Positions 16,675 to 29,919 of a stretch of DNA of 64,000 nucleotides are shown in pieces. The position numbers and the translations under genes were made by a program. The stretch spans positions 7,378,001 through 7,442,000 of the forward strand of contig CM035358.1 of the NCBI GenBank assembly GCA_020137815.1, given 5' to 3'. The notes below the pieces were generated by a model that was given only the letters and a program-made list of their open reading frames with translations, was not told the DNA's origin and ran no database searches. The number at the start of each line of letters is the position of its first letter. Position 1 is the first letter of the stretch. The DNA comes from Hormiphora californensis. Lineage: Eukaryota > Animalia > Ctenophora.

Positions 16675-17082
16675 GGGGCATGGGTTTTGTTCTTGGGGTA
16701 TTACGTTCTGCAGATCAGGTATTGCTTTATGTACCCGTGTTCTTTGGGATTTTTCTCCGGCGCTCTGATGTCTTCAGGTCCCAATTATTGTTATTTTTGT
16801 TAGAGCAACCCACTGAGCCAACACTACTTATTATACCAAATGAGCGTATAAATTGGTTTAGCTAGCATCTTCTGTTTATGCTATCACTTGTTTGACATAT
16901 TTTAAATTTCAATAATATATATCGATTTATTAATTATGACCCCTTTAGTTGCCCTTGCTGAGCTATAGCTAATTGTGAAACTGGTCCTATAACTCAGCAA
17001 TTGATACAATAAAATATTGAAATTTGTCAAACGCCAATATATCACACTGTGTAGTAGCCTACTACACTGTAGTGTACCCTAA

Positions 17083-17365
17083 GGGTAGCGACTGGCTATT
17101 TGAAATGGCGGCTAATTTGAAAAAACCCCTCTACAGGCCAGCAGGTGCACCAGATTTGGATTTTTAAACATCAGTATATAGGTGAGACAGAACTCATGAC
17201 AAGCCCACTGATGTCTAACAATCCAAATCTGGTGCACTTGCTGGCCTGTAGAGGTGGTGTTTCAAGATAAGTAGAACTCATGCCTGCACCTGCTGGCCTG
17301 TAGAGGGGGTGTTTCATTTTTCAAGATAGCCGCCATTTCAAAAAATAGTAGCGTGTCGCTACCCT
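17083..17365. mobile_element. Second copy of the GGGTAGCGAC MITE
   Basis: gggtagcgactggctatttgaaatggcggc...gtcgctaccc, similar to 10311-10486. Confidence 0.8.
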
Positions 17366-18312
17366 ATACACTAATGACATCTTCTATAGTAGCATGTTGA
17401 GGTAGACATCAATTGGTCCTGGGATAACTTTTGTTTATGATAAAAAACAGGAAGATGTGATCATCAAGGTATAAAGTTTGCTGGCCTTATTTTATAACAG
17501 GTAATACAGGTGTATAGATGGTGATTGTTTTATTCAAACCCTTCTAAAGACTATCAGATCATATGAGAGTGTCTTATACTGATTTTAGCACTAGCAAATA
17601 CTTCTCCCCCTTCACTTAATACTTATTATAAAAAATAATACGAAGATTCCCCCAGATCGTCAGTGATAAGAAAAGTGTATACCGGCGGCCTCTTAGGTTG
17701 GTAAACATGAAAACTCGGTGGTTGGTTAACTGTTTAGTGTTTCAGCGTCTACGCCTTCGTCTTAAATTAATTTGTTTAAATGCGCCTCATAAACCAATCC
17801 CTGTTCCCCCAGATCATATCATTGAAAAGAGTGGCGTTAAGGAGTGCATGAAGTGTCGTAATATAAAAAAGTCCAAATGGAGGAGGAGAAAGGAGAACTG
17901 TGGACCAATACCAGGACTTGACGGTACGTAAATGAATGATCAACATATTTTTATACCCAAACTAATTCATGAAACTAGTAAACCCGCTCGCGGTACCGAT
18001 CGCCAATCTAGAGAAAACTTCATTGATTGTCCCGGTAATCTCTCTACTCGCTCCCTCTTTATCCCTCTCCCTTTCGCAACGTGTATGCGCTTGTGTGTCA
18101 ACTGCACACACACACACATGTATAACATCTCAAGGCGCAGAGAAGGAGGAGGGAGGGGGGGGGGGGGGGGTGCGAGAAGGACGAGAGAGAGAGCAGAGAG
18201 AGTGAGAGAGAGAGAGAGAGTGAGAGCAAGAGGAGAGCAGAGATAGGATCGGAGAGACGAGAGTAGAACGAGCAGATAGAGAGCGATCCTCGCATCTCTC
18301 TCTACTCTCGCT

Positions 18313-18378
<66 letters not shown>

Positions 18379-18627
18379 GTCTCCATCTCACATTGTCTCC
18401 ATCTCACTATGTCTCCATCTCACTCTGTCTCTATCTCACTTTATTCTGTTTTTGCCGTACTTCGTACCTCGTATGGTATTTACCAACGCATTTACCAACG
18501 CAAGGGTATTAGCCCTTCCCAACGCGAACACATATTGTTGTCCCCTGTCTTAGACAGCCTGAGCGGATGTTGGTGGTTCAGGACGAGAGAATATTCAGTA
18601 TAGAATGATATCCTAAATATATATATA

Positions 18628-18943
18628 CTAGCGCACCCATTGGGTGCGCCTCAAGTAAGGGTTTTTTTGATAACCCACGGCCAGCCGGCTTCGCCGGGTG
18701 GTTCTTTTCGCCCTTTCAACGTCAATAACACGGTTGCCATGGCAACTGAGTTGGTAACTATGAGGACTGGCATGTTAAAAGTCATTCGAAAATATTAAAA
18801 ACTTCCACTGGAAGTTCCAAAAGTGTGAATGACAGGTTTACAGCTTTGGGCACATAAAGTATTTTATGAAGGAGCACTGTCGCGTAGATACCGCTGAACG
18901 AACGGCCATCACTACGTCGTTCATCTCCAAATTATAATAGAGA
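18628..18943 (-). mobile_element. Possible short non-autonomous Helitron
   Basis: Minus strand reads A|TCTCTATTATAAT...hairpin gcgcaccca-a-tgggtgcgc ending in CTAG|T, with no TSD. Confidence 0.5.
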
Positions 18944-19052
18944 TATCATATTATATGTCACTATGCACGTGTCCCGATGTATATCAGGTTTTTTTAACTT
19001 GTGGTGAAGAAGAGAAACATCTATTTCAAGCCAATCTTGCACCCCAAATTTC

Positions 19053-19662
19053 GCCTGGCGGGGGGGTAATCATGGTGACAAATGGTGACTAATGGTGACT
19101 CATCTGACCATTTAGGGTATGTCACCATCACCATTTGTCACCATTTGTCACCATTTGTCTCCATTTGTCACCATTTGTCTCCATTTGTCACCATTTGTCT
19201 CCATTTGTCACCATTTTTTGACGAATAATGCGGATTTCGGCAGAATTTCTTTAAAAATTTGATAAAATTTATTAATTTCCTTAGACCGACATATTTGTTC
19301 ATAAATTGTTTACATGGCCATTCCGGATCGACTAGTAGTTTTTTGGACCGCTAAAACTTCCCAAAAGTCACGTTGAGGGTGTACCTCCCTCGCACAACAC
19401 ATAAAAGCGCAATTAACCACCTGTGACCCCCTACATCCAATCGACTTGAAACTTGGTAGAAGTGTCCCCCCAGTGTCCCATAACATCATATTATGTCCCA
19501 TAACATCATATTATGCCTGTAGGAAGCTCCAGAGAGAATGGTGACAAATGGTGACTCATCTCAAAATTTTGGTCATGTCACCATTACCATTTGTCACCAT
19601 ATGTCACCATGTGTCACCATTTGTCACCATGATTACCCCCCCCCCCCCCCCCCCCGCCTGGC
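19053..19662. mobile_element. MITE with subterminal gtcaccattt 10-bp repeats
   Basis: ggcggggggggtaatcatggtgacaaatggtgac is inverted at ~19614-19660. Confidence 0.7.
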
Positions 19663-19721
19663 AATTATTCATAACACCGTTTTTGTTGGTAAATTTTGCC
19701 CCGATATGTTCCAATATTACC

Positions 19722-20049
19722 CAGGGCTGGCTCCAGGGGGGTGATGCGGGTGGTACACTGCACAGTGCACACCCCCCCAAAAATGAGACCTTTTGGATTG
19801 GGAAACCACCCCAAAAATACAAAATTTTCAGTAAAATTTTTGACTGATCACAACCGAATTTAAATCACCCAGTGAACATCACTGAGTGAGAGAGAGAGCA
19901 TTGTAGCATTCATAAATCTAGAAAGTAGACGTCACAAATGATTAAAAACCCTAGAATTTACTTGAATTAGTTAAAAATTTCCGGGGGCTTCGCCCCCAAA
20001 TTCTACTATTAGTGCACCCCCCAGAAATATCGGGCTGGAGCCAGCCCTG
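19722..20049. mobile_element. hAT-type MITE
   Basis: TIR CAGGGCTGGCTCCAG / CTGGAGCCAGCCCTG with 8-bp TSD ATATTACC. Confidence 0.9.
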
Positions 20050-20122
20050 ATATTACCCAATTGTCCGCATTGCCCTAGCCTACCCTACTCGTGTGTAAAT
20101 GACATGTAACATACCCTCTTCC

Positions 20123-23100
20123 TCAGGAGACACAAGCAACAACTAAGCTGCTAACTGCGAAAATGCCAGGAATTTTGAGGAAAGATGTAGATGTAGAGTA
20201 GAAGATGACGCCTACTTTTATCAATCGATCATGAACATTGTTGTAATATGAATATGATAATGATGTTGATTTAAGCGATCTATAGTAGACATGAAGGGAA
20301 GTCAAAAGTAGCGTTGAAAGCATTGGCCAGTCCAATCCCATATCATTTAATGTTCATAAATCATAGATACTAAAGACGGTTTGTAACGTGAAAAATATCG
20401 AAGTTGAAATATTGTGAATTAAACTTTTTGTTACTTATCCAGTTTCTAAAATTATTTATTGAAGTCTTAAAAAAACCTAGTTTTAACTTTGACAATCAAA
20501 ATCTTTTGGTCTGGCGTTAAAAAAATATTATGTTCCTATAACATAATGGTGGGTTTATTTTTGTATTTTCCCAACAAGACCCAGACCCCATTTGGCTAAT
20601 TGAGCTAGTAAACGTAACGCGCGATGATAAAGGTTTGGTAATATTCGCGCGAGATCTTGCACGTACAAGAGTAGTCCAAGAAATCACTCAGCACTGTCGC
20701 TTAAAAGAGTTGTGCTGACTGTTTTCTCGATTGTCGCTTACTGCAGTAAGAGTCGTATGATTTACCTCATTACCAATGTCTCTCTTGTCTCTCTCTCTCT
20801 TGTCGCCATTCTGTCGCCCCTTGTTGTGTCAATCTCTCTTTCTCTTTGAAACAGTGTGTACACAACAGTACACACACACAAAAGAAAGAGTTTTCACACC
20901 TTTTTGGGCAAATTCTTGCGTGTAATAACTTGCACTTTTGGAGCGGGCGTTATGAGATTTATCATTTCGGATGCAGTCATATCAGCCCGTTACCGCGCGG
21001 GTGTTATTTCTCCAAAAAATGCGCAGTGGGCGTTATAAATTAGGTGCTATCCCAAAATTTATTTAGAGGCCTGAATGCAGTGCACCTTTGCATTTTCCGT
21101 GAGAGATTCTGCGGCTTATATTATAATAAAAGGTTAAAGATTAAACTTGGAAACTTGGAAACTGCCAAACTACTATAATAAGTTATGTGCTCGATCCATG
21201 AGATTCAGCTCCTCCTCCTACTGCTGTTGCAGAGCAACTCATGAACAGTCGAGACTTATACAGAGACTAGTGTTATATAATTGAAACTCGAGCAGCTTCT
21301 GCAGAAGAGCTGGATTTATTATGTGCAAAAATTGTGAATAAAATAGTTGTCCAGGGAGACATAAGTTATACAGTTCGCCCCGACATAGGGGACCCCAATC
21401 GCGATTCACCCCGATTCACCTTTCCCTCAAGCATCCCAGCTGGCAAATTGCCATGTGTGCAATGATTGCGGTGCAGGGTGGGGCATCTGATGCAGAGGTA
21501 GTGGTTATTATTTCTATTTCTATAATTCTTTGGGTGCAATGCTAACCATGTGTAGTAGCTACATGTAGTTTGTGATTTAATGCGATGTGATACACACGAA
21601 GTTCCCGCGAAGTTCATCTACTAAAAATAAACTAAAACGATGCTGAAAGTAGCGAATATAATGCGTAAATTTTGTCACGAAAAGTTCGTGAATAATCTCA
21701 TGATGCTGAGTTGCGGGTGGGAAAATATAAAACCATCTTTGAATAAACTGCACTTTGCGGGAAAGTAATTAACGAATTTAACATATTAAACACGGCCTGG
21801 CTAATGGGGTTGTGGCCACCATATTCTCGATAATATTCCAGGATAATTAAACAGCCTGATAGTTACTACTAATATCTTTCTAATCTGTAATTTCACTAAT
21901 TTCATGCCCTTTCGTGGTCTCGCTTCCTTGTCCAACCTCTTTCATCTCTATTTCAATGGTTGCCTGTGAGGAAGGCCGGAAGGGATTACGGATGTTCAGT
22001 TTCTTCCACCAAGACAGGACCAACTTGTACAAATCGGAGTGAAATACGGGGTTCAGACAGCTGTTAAGCGGAAGAATTGAGATGGCAGTGGCATCGTACC
22101 AAGTTGAGGAAACCAGCCGCTCCGTGATCATGGTGTAGATCATAATACCCGCCACAAACAACCAAGTAGACAGTTTAACTCCTACAATAATAGCAACCTT
22201 TGTTCCTATCTCACTGACACTGTTCTCCCGGAGCGAAGTTATGACTTTCCTTAAGATGAAGCCGTAGCTGATGATAATGATTATCAGAACAACTTCAATA
22301 GTTGCTAGATATCCTGTTTTATAAAGGAGCAGCGTCCCTGTTTTGGTACTGAACATGTCTGGTAGGCACACTGGTGACCAGCTATAAAATGAGAAGTCCT
22401 GAACTTTATACATACTCGGGTTGTTTGTGGTTGTTTTCAGCTGTTCTAGTTTCTCATACAGATTCAGTGGAGATGAGCTGTCGTTAAAGAATATCGCATG
22501 AATCCTATCAATGTCACTGTAATCTGCATTATATGTTGTGATAAATGGATTTATAGAAGACATCTGGATTTTGGATCTGAAGACCGTCTGTATCTCTTCT
22601 ATGGGTATCAAAGGCAGGGCAGCATTCGTTAAGTTCACTAGAAACATCACTACCAAAGAAAACCTGCACCAGACACAGTGGAATCCCCTAGAAAAGGGTC
22701 TTCCACACTGAAGCTCTGGTAACACTCATAAGAAGAACTGTCAACAACGAACCATGGCTTGAGAATGTGAAAAGAAATCCCAGGGTCTGACACAGCGCCC
22801 CAGATCGCCACTCCACATCAACTTTACAATACTTGCCGTAGTACCACAGGTTAGCAGCTTGAAGGGACACCAAGTAGAGCCCCATGATCAGATCGTGAAA
22901 CACAAGGGCCACCTTAAGGAGTCTATCAACCTGCAAGTGCTCCTCCTCAACCCCTCTCCATTCTATCTCGTACAAGTTGTAAGCGTTAGCTATGAAGATG
23001 GTTAGGACAGCAAGAGCAGATAGGCCCATTAATGAGAAACTACTAATGATTCTTTCGTCGGATGAGAATGAACCACCGACACACCCAGAGCACTCATCCA

Positions 23101-24254
23101 GAGCGTTTTCACAGTCGCTGTGTCCATCACACACCATATCCATCCCATCCAACCAGTCTGTTTTACTGCAATAAAACCGATCAGGGCAATACTGCCGTTT
23201 TAGAGTAGAACGGCGTAAGTCCATTTTCCCCGTTTCGAGATATTCACGTTCAAAGATTTGGTTCTCAGTTATTGTAAAAGGGCGTAAGTCACACAAACCC
23301 TCACTCCAGATGTGTAAAAGGACGCAAGTCCATCTTACTAAAACCACGAACATAAAAGGACGTAAGTCCACGCTGTGTGCGTGACTTTCTCAGCGTGGAC
23401 TTACGTCCTTTTACCATTTTCAGTGTAAGTACAAATTATCATCGTACACTCGGTTGTTACACCCGAATTGAACTGAACAAAGGACCGATCTCGGCCTCGT
23501 CGAAAATAGGCTAAAAATGCAACTAATTGGTATTGATGCCAAAACCACTTTACCCGACTAATTGTGATACGCTGAATCACGTGAGCTACTTTAAAAAGTG
23601 CTCAGAGGTGAAAAAAGTGTCCTAATTGAGCATAATTGCCAATTGGGTCAAATTTACCGAAACTGTAACTTATCGCTTTTAATACAAGTGAGGGCGCATT
23701 TCCCACTAATTTTGATACGCTGAATCATGTAAGGGGCTTTTCTAAGCCGCCAGAGGTTAGGAAAATGTCCTAATTAATCACAAATTGACCAAATTTTCAA
23801 CTTCTAATCCTCACCGAATCGTTGAGTGTTCAGCATTGCGAATCGTGGTAGAGAATCATGTATCACCGTTACTAATGAGGAATGACGATGCTGATTGTTC
23901 ATGAGATCTGCAGTAGCAATGTCCTCTTTTCTCGAATCACATCACTCTGCAGTATTGGTACACCTACCTCATTAGCGGCCGTGATACGATAGCCATGCCA
24001 ATCATAATTGGTAAAAGTTTGGACCGAAAAATATATTTTTCTGGAATTAATGACAATTTTCATTCAGATTAAAAAAATTAATTTTGAGCTAGAGGTCTGA
24101 AATTTTGGTAAAGTTATTTATTTGTCTCATATAGTTGCTGTACCAAATTTTATCGGTCCACGTTTTTATTGCCCCACACGGTACATTTATTGGGATTAGT
24201 TGGACACCATTGGGGCAATTAACCAATCGTTAGAGAGAGAGAGAGAGTGAGAGT

Positions 24255-24314
<60 letters not shown>

Positions 24315-27300
24315 GACAGAGACAGAGAGAGACAGAGAGACAGACAGAGAGAGACAGAGACAGAGAGGGAGAGACTAGAGAGAGAGGGAGGGAGAGGGGA
24401 AGACAGAGGGGGAGACAGAGGGGGAGAGGGAGGGAGTGTTTGTTCATGCGATTCAGTGTATCAAAATAAGTGGAATAAGTGCCCTCACACGACACACCTC
24501 TGTCCTCTAGCTTTTCTGGGGCTTTTCTTGGAACGAAGTTGAAAATTTGGTCAATTAGACCCAACTGTGATTAATTAGGACACTTTCCTAACCTTTGTCG
24601 GCTTAGCGGGAAATGCACCCTCACTTGTATTAAAAGCGATAAGTTACAATTTCGGTAAATTTGACCCAATTGGCAATTATGCTCAATTAGGACACTTTTT
24701 TCACCTCTGAGCGCTTTTTAAAGTAGCTCACGTGATTCAGCGTATCACAATTAGTCGGGTAAAGTGGTTTTGGCATCAATACCAATTAGTTGCATTTTTA
24801 GCCTATTTTCGAAGAGGCCGAGATCGGTCCTTTGTTCAGTTCAATTCGGGTGTAACAACTGAGTGTACGATGATAATTTGTACTTACACTGAAAATGGTA
24901 AAAGGACGTAAGTCCACGCTGAGAAAGTCACGCGCACAGCGTGGACTTACGTCCTTTTATGTTCGTGGTTTTAGTAAGATGGACTTGCGTCCTTTTACAC
25001 ATCTGGAGTGAGGGTTTGTGTTGACTAACGCCCTTTTAAAAAAGACTAGCAAAAAGCTTGTTGTGCTTCTAGCTCACTCATTTTTCAAGACTCAATGATG
25101 AGAGTGAGCTCATCTGAAAGAGCTTAAAATTCTGAAGAAGTAGATACCAATATCTCAATTTTCATAAAAATGGACTTACGCCGTTCTACACTAAAACGGC
25201 AGAATACGTCTCATCCGTCTTGTCGGGACAATCGAAAATCCCGTCACACGTTACGTCTATAGTGACTTGATCGTAGACAGTTTCACACTGGTAGATGACA
25301 GAAAAGTAAGGGTTTTTCACCATTCTCCCAGCCACCAAGTTTTCACAGTATTTACTGGAAACGTTGCAGGCCTCATTACACATGGTCACGTGATCCAAGG
25401 TGGTTTTAGCCCTTCTCAAATACATCAAGTCCGCGCATTGCATGTGTTTACCGATCGTTACAGGACATGATTCTTCACAGGGCCTATAGGACAAATCAGC
25501 TGGATCACGGGGATGGCACTGCGCCTCAAAAGAGGCAGTTGTCGTTGTGTTCCTGCCCCAGGAATTCTCACACCATGTCTCTCTGGCTCCCTCACACGCT
25601 CTCTCATCCTCTCCACCGGGACAGTCAGGAAGTAAGTTGCACGCAGACTCCACGCTGACACAACCGACACCGCCCGGACAGTAGATTACAGTGGTGTTAG
25701 GACAACTACATTCATCCGTAAGGCATTCAGACAGCCCATTACAGACAAATTCTACCGGGATTGTGCAGTTCCAGGTGGCTGTTAGACAGCCATTCCCGTG
25801 GCCTGGACAAGTCTGGAATCGATTGGGAACCATTGGACAGGTAAAGGAGTCGTTGTCCACGTTTCTGTTTGGTGGAACGAACCTGTAAAACTCAGGCAGT
25901 AAGCTATTGCAGGTGAAGTCATAGATTGTGCAGTCCTGACATGACGCGTAGAGGGACCAGGTGAAGTCAATAGTCGGTGCTCCCACGACAGTTATTATTA
26001 TAACAAACAGAATCATATTGATCTCTTTCCGTGCGCCCCGTGCAGATGTAACAGAGCTGGGTTAGAAAACAACAAGGTATTGGAGGAGGGTTTTATACCT
26101 TTTATAGTGGCTCTGCTATCTGAATATATATATATAGAATGGATTCGTTCCTATGAACAAGCTATGAATTGTTAGCTATAATTGCTTGCCTTGTTCGACC
26201 CTCCCTCCCCGCGCCCCGGGTTTGAACAAAACAAATAATTGCTGGGTCTTCGATAACAGAAAAAAACAAAGGATTTTGAAATCGTATCTCTTTATCTTTT
26301 GACTCAATCTTTTGTTCCGTTTCTTTTTGAAAAAGTTTCATTGTGATTGGTGAATCGCTGAAGTTCAGCAACCACGCGTGGCCATGTGTGAGTGCAAACT
26401 GCAAGTGCTATAAGTTACTATTTACCTGACATTGCAGATCCGATACATCCACCAAGAGGGAATGATGCACAATAGATTGAAGTTATGTAGTTCTTGACAG
26501 CTTGGGGCATACCACCATACTTCACCTGGGGAGAGGGAGAGAGGGGTATTAGCTTGGGGCATACCACCATACTTCACCTGTAGAGAGAGGGTATTTGAAG
26601 CAGGGGTTGGAGAGAGACAGGGTGTTGGGTAGTTGGAGGAGATAGTTGGAGGTGTTTGAAGGTGAAGGAGAGAGATACCCCTAAAGGTATAGCCCCTCTC
26701 CAGAGATAGGAAATAACCCAGAAATAATTACCTGATAGATATCGAACATGATAAGGAGACCAGGGTAGCATCCCAGGGGAACTAGAACTCCAATTAGGGC
26801 CAGCACAATGAGGAGTTGAACTTTAGATGGGACAATCTGAAACAATCAGGAGTTGAACTTTAGATGGGACAATCTGAAACAATGAGGAGTTGAACTTTAG
26901 ATGGGACAATCTGAAACAATGAGGAGTTGAACTTTAGATGGGACAATCTGAAACAATCAGGAGTTGAACTTTAGAGGGGACAATCTGAAACAATGAGGAG
27001 TTGAACTTTAGATGGGACAATCTGAAACAATGAGGAGTTGAACTTTAGATGGGACAATCTGAAACAATGAGGAGTTGAACTTTAGAGGGGACAATCTGAA
27101 ACAATGAGGAGTTGAACTTTAGAGTGGACAATCTGAAACAATGAGGAGTTGAACTTTAGAGTGGACAATCTGAAACAATGAGGAGTTGAACTTTAGATGG
27201 GACAATCTGAAACAATGAGGAGTTGAACTTTAGATGGGACAATCTGAAACAATGAGGAGTTGAACTTTAGATGGGACAATCTGAAACAATGAGGAGTTGA

Positions 27301-29765
27301 ACTTTAGATGGGACAATCTGAAACAATGAGGAGTTGAACTTTAGATGGGACAATCTGAAACAATGAGGAGTTGAACTTTAGAGGGGACAATCTGAAACAA
27401 TGAGGAGTTGAACTTTAGATGGGACAATCTGAAACAATGAGGAGTTGAACTTTAGATGGGACAATCTGAAACAATGAGGAGTTGAACTTTAGATGGGACA
27501 ATCTGAAACAATGAGGAGTTGAACTTTAGAGGGGACAATCTGAAACAATGAGGAGTTGAACTTTAGAGGGGACAATCTGAAACAATGAGGAGTTGAACTT
27601 TAGAGGGGACAATCTGAAACAATGAGGAGTTGAACTTTAGATGGGACAATCTGAAACAATGAGGAGTTGAACTTTAGATGGGACAATCTGAAACAATGAG
27701 GAGTTGAACTTTAGATGGGACAATCTGAAACAATGAGGAGTTGAACTTTAGATGGGACAATCTGAAACAATGAGGAGTTGAACTTTAGAGGGGACAATCT
27801 GAAACAATGAGGAGTTGAACTTTAGATGGGACAATCTGAAACAATGAGGAGTTGAACTTTAGATGGGACAATCTGAAACAATGAGGAGTTGAACTTTAGA
27901 TGGGACAATCTGAAACAATGAGGAGTTGAACTTTAGATGGGACAATCTGAAACAATGAGGAGTTGAACTTTAGAGGGGACAATCTGAGAAATATGGATAA
28001 TTAGAGACACAGTCAGCTGTTCTTTAGAATTGTTCTACTCGATTGGAGATACTAAAAACATGCTAAAACCATGTTAAAACTTATATTAAACACATGTTAA
28101 AACAACTCTCACGTGTATGAAAGGTGCAGGTCCCAGGAACAGATAACAGGCGGGTAGAAGGAATGCAGAGATAACCAGGAAGAAATAAGGATTGAATCTG
28201 TCCATGGCATGTCCCAGGAAGGGTGCAGAGATACAGATACCAGCTGTATTGACGAGCAGAGCTATTCCAGCAAACTCTGCTGTCGCTCCAAACTCGGCCT
28301 GAAACATGATGGTGAGGTTAGAACTCGGCCTGAAACAATGTTATACTAACATGAGGTGAGAGGTAAAATAAGCAGCTCCACACCATCACAATTGTTGTAG
28401 GTCTTACGATAAATGGGTGTGAATCCACAAACTCAAATTATAATCCTAGCTCCCTATTAATTACTTAACTAGTTAATCAATTAATTGTTAATTACTTACC
28501 ACAACATAAGGGGCCAGGATGGGAATATAGAAATTGAAGAGTATCATGCAAGCTGCTGAGTGCCACGCAGGAAACCACACCATCACGTCTTTTAGAACTC
28601 TGTAGGAAGAGAGTGGGTGTGAGTCTTTTAGAACTCTGAGTGGGTGTGAGTCTTTTAGAACTCTGAATGGGTGTGAGCATTTTAAACTGTTAAGTTAAGG
28701 TAGATCATTCAAAAACCCTGGTTTCATGATTTTCGGTATAATTGTGATCCCGTGTACTGCGGTGACGAGTCTTTCAGTACTCTGTATTATCTGAGGAAGT
28801 AAATTAAAAGTATCGGGGGGGGGGGGGGATTAAATTGTTCCAGACAACAAATGATAAATAGCAAGATTATTTAATAATGCCAGACAACGGATCCTCATGA
28901 TAAAACACAATACTGTCTGAATGCAACCCCCCAGCCGGATACCACCCGCTACTTCCCTGCATGATCATTGCACCATTTGGAGCATTAGCATTGGAGGACA
29001 CCCGCTTGTAGTTCAATGCCCATTATATGTGAGGTGCAATGATGGCGAAAGTGTTATTTCGAAACAAGATATTTCGATTAATAACTGACTTGCAGTACAA
29101 TTCACCCAGGCTTTTTAATATTTCATATCTTTGGGATCACGGTTTGTTCTTGTTTTGTTCAATAGTCGAACAAGACAAGGTTCGTTCCTAGATTGATATA
29201 TTATTGATTTGTTCAAGGGTCGAACAAGACAAGGTTCGTTCCTAGATTGATATATTATTGATTTGTTCAAGGGTCGAACAAGACAAGGAGTTCGTTCCTA
29301 GATTGATATATTATTGATTTGTTCAATAGTCGAACAAGACAAGGTTCGTTCCTAGATTGATATATTATTGATTTGTTCAATAGTCGAACAAGACAAGGAA
29401 TTCGTTCCTAGATTGATATATTATTGATCTGTATAGAGATGCAGTCGATGCAGTGGTCGACATGCAGTGTTATACCTGAACTAAACATCTCTCGTTTCGA
29501 TTAGATCTAAATAGCAGCTGAACTAGTGCAGTGCAGCTCTTAATTGTGTGCTAATTATAGCAGGGGGTGGAGCTCTTAGGGTGCAGGGGGGTGGTTGTGG
29601 AGCTAGAAATAGATCTCCAACGTAGCTGTCAAGACGCTGCAGTAGTTCGTAGTGTGCGGGCTACTATAACTCTCCAGAGGTGAGGAGCTACTACCGTCAG
29701 TAATAATCTAGATTGTCGTATATCTTCGCTTCCCCGACGTAGAGAGGGAGAGAGGGAGAGAGAGG

Positions 29766-29844
<79 letters not shown>

Positions 29845-29857
29845 TGAGTGAGAGAGT

Positions 29858-29919
<62 letters not shown>

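Noticed and set aside
23192-25207. Transposon acting as a perfectly spliced introner
   Set aside because: It ends in CAG on the gene strand, but the nearest GT removes one base too many and shifts the frame.
26806-27987. CRISPR-like array of 37-bp repeats
   Set aside because: No unique spacers, no cas genes, eukaryotic context; it is a minisatellite.
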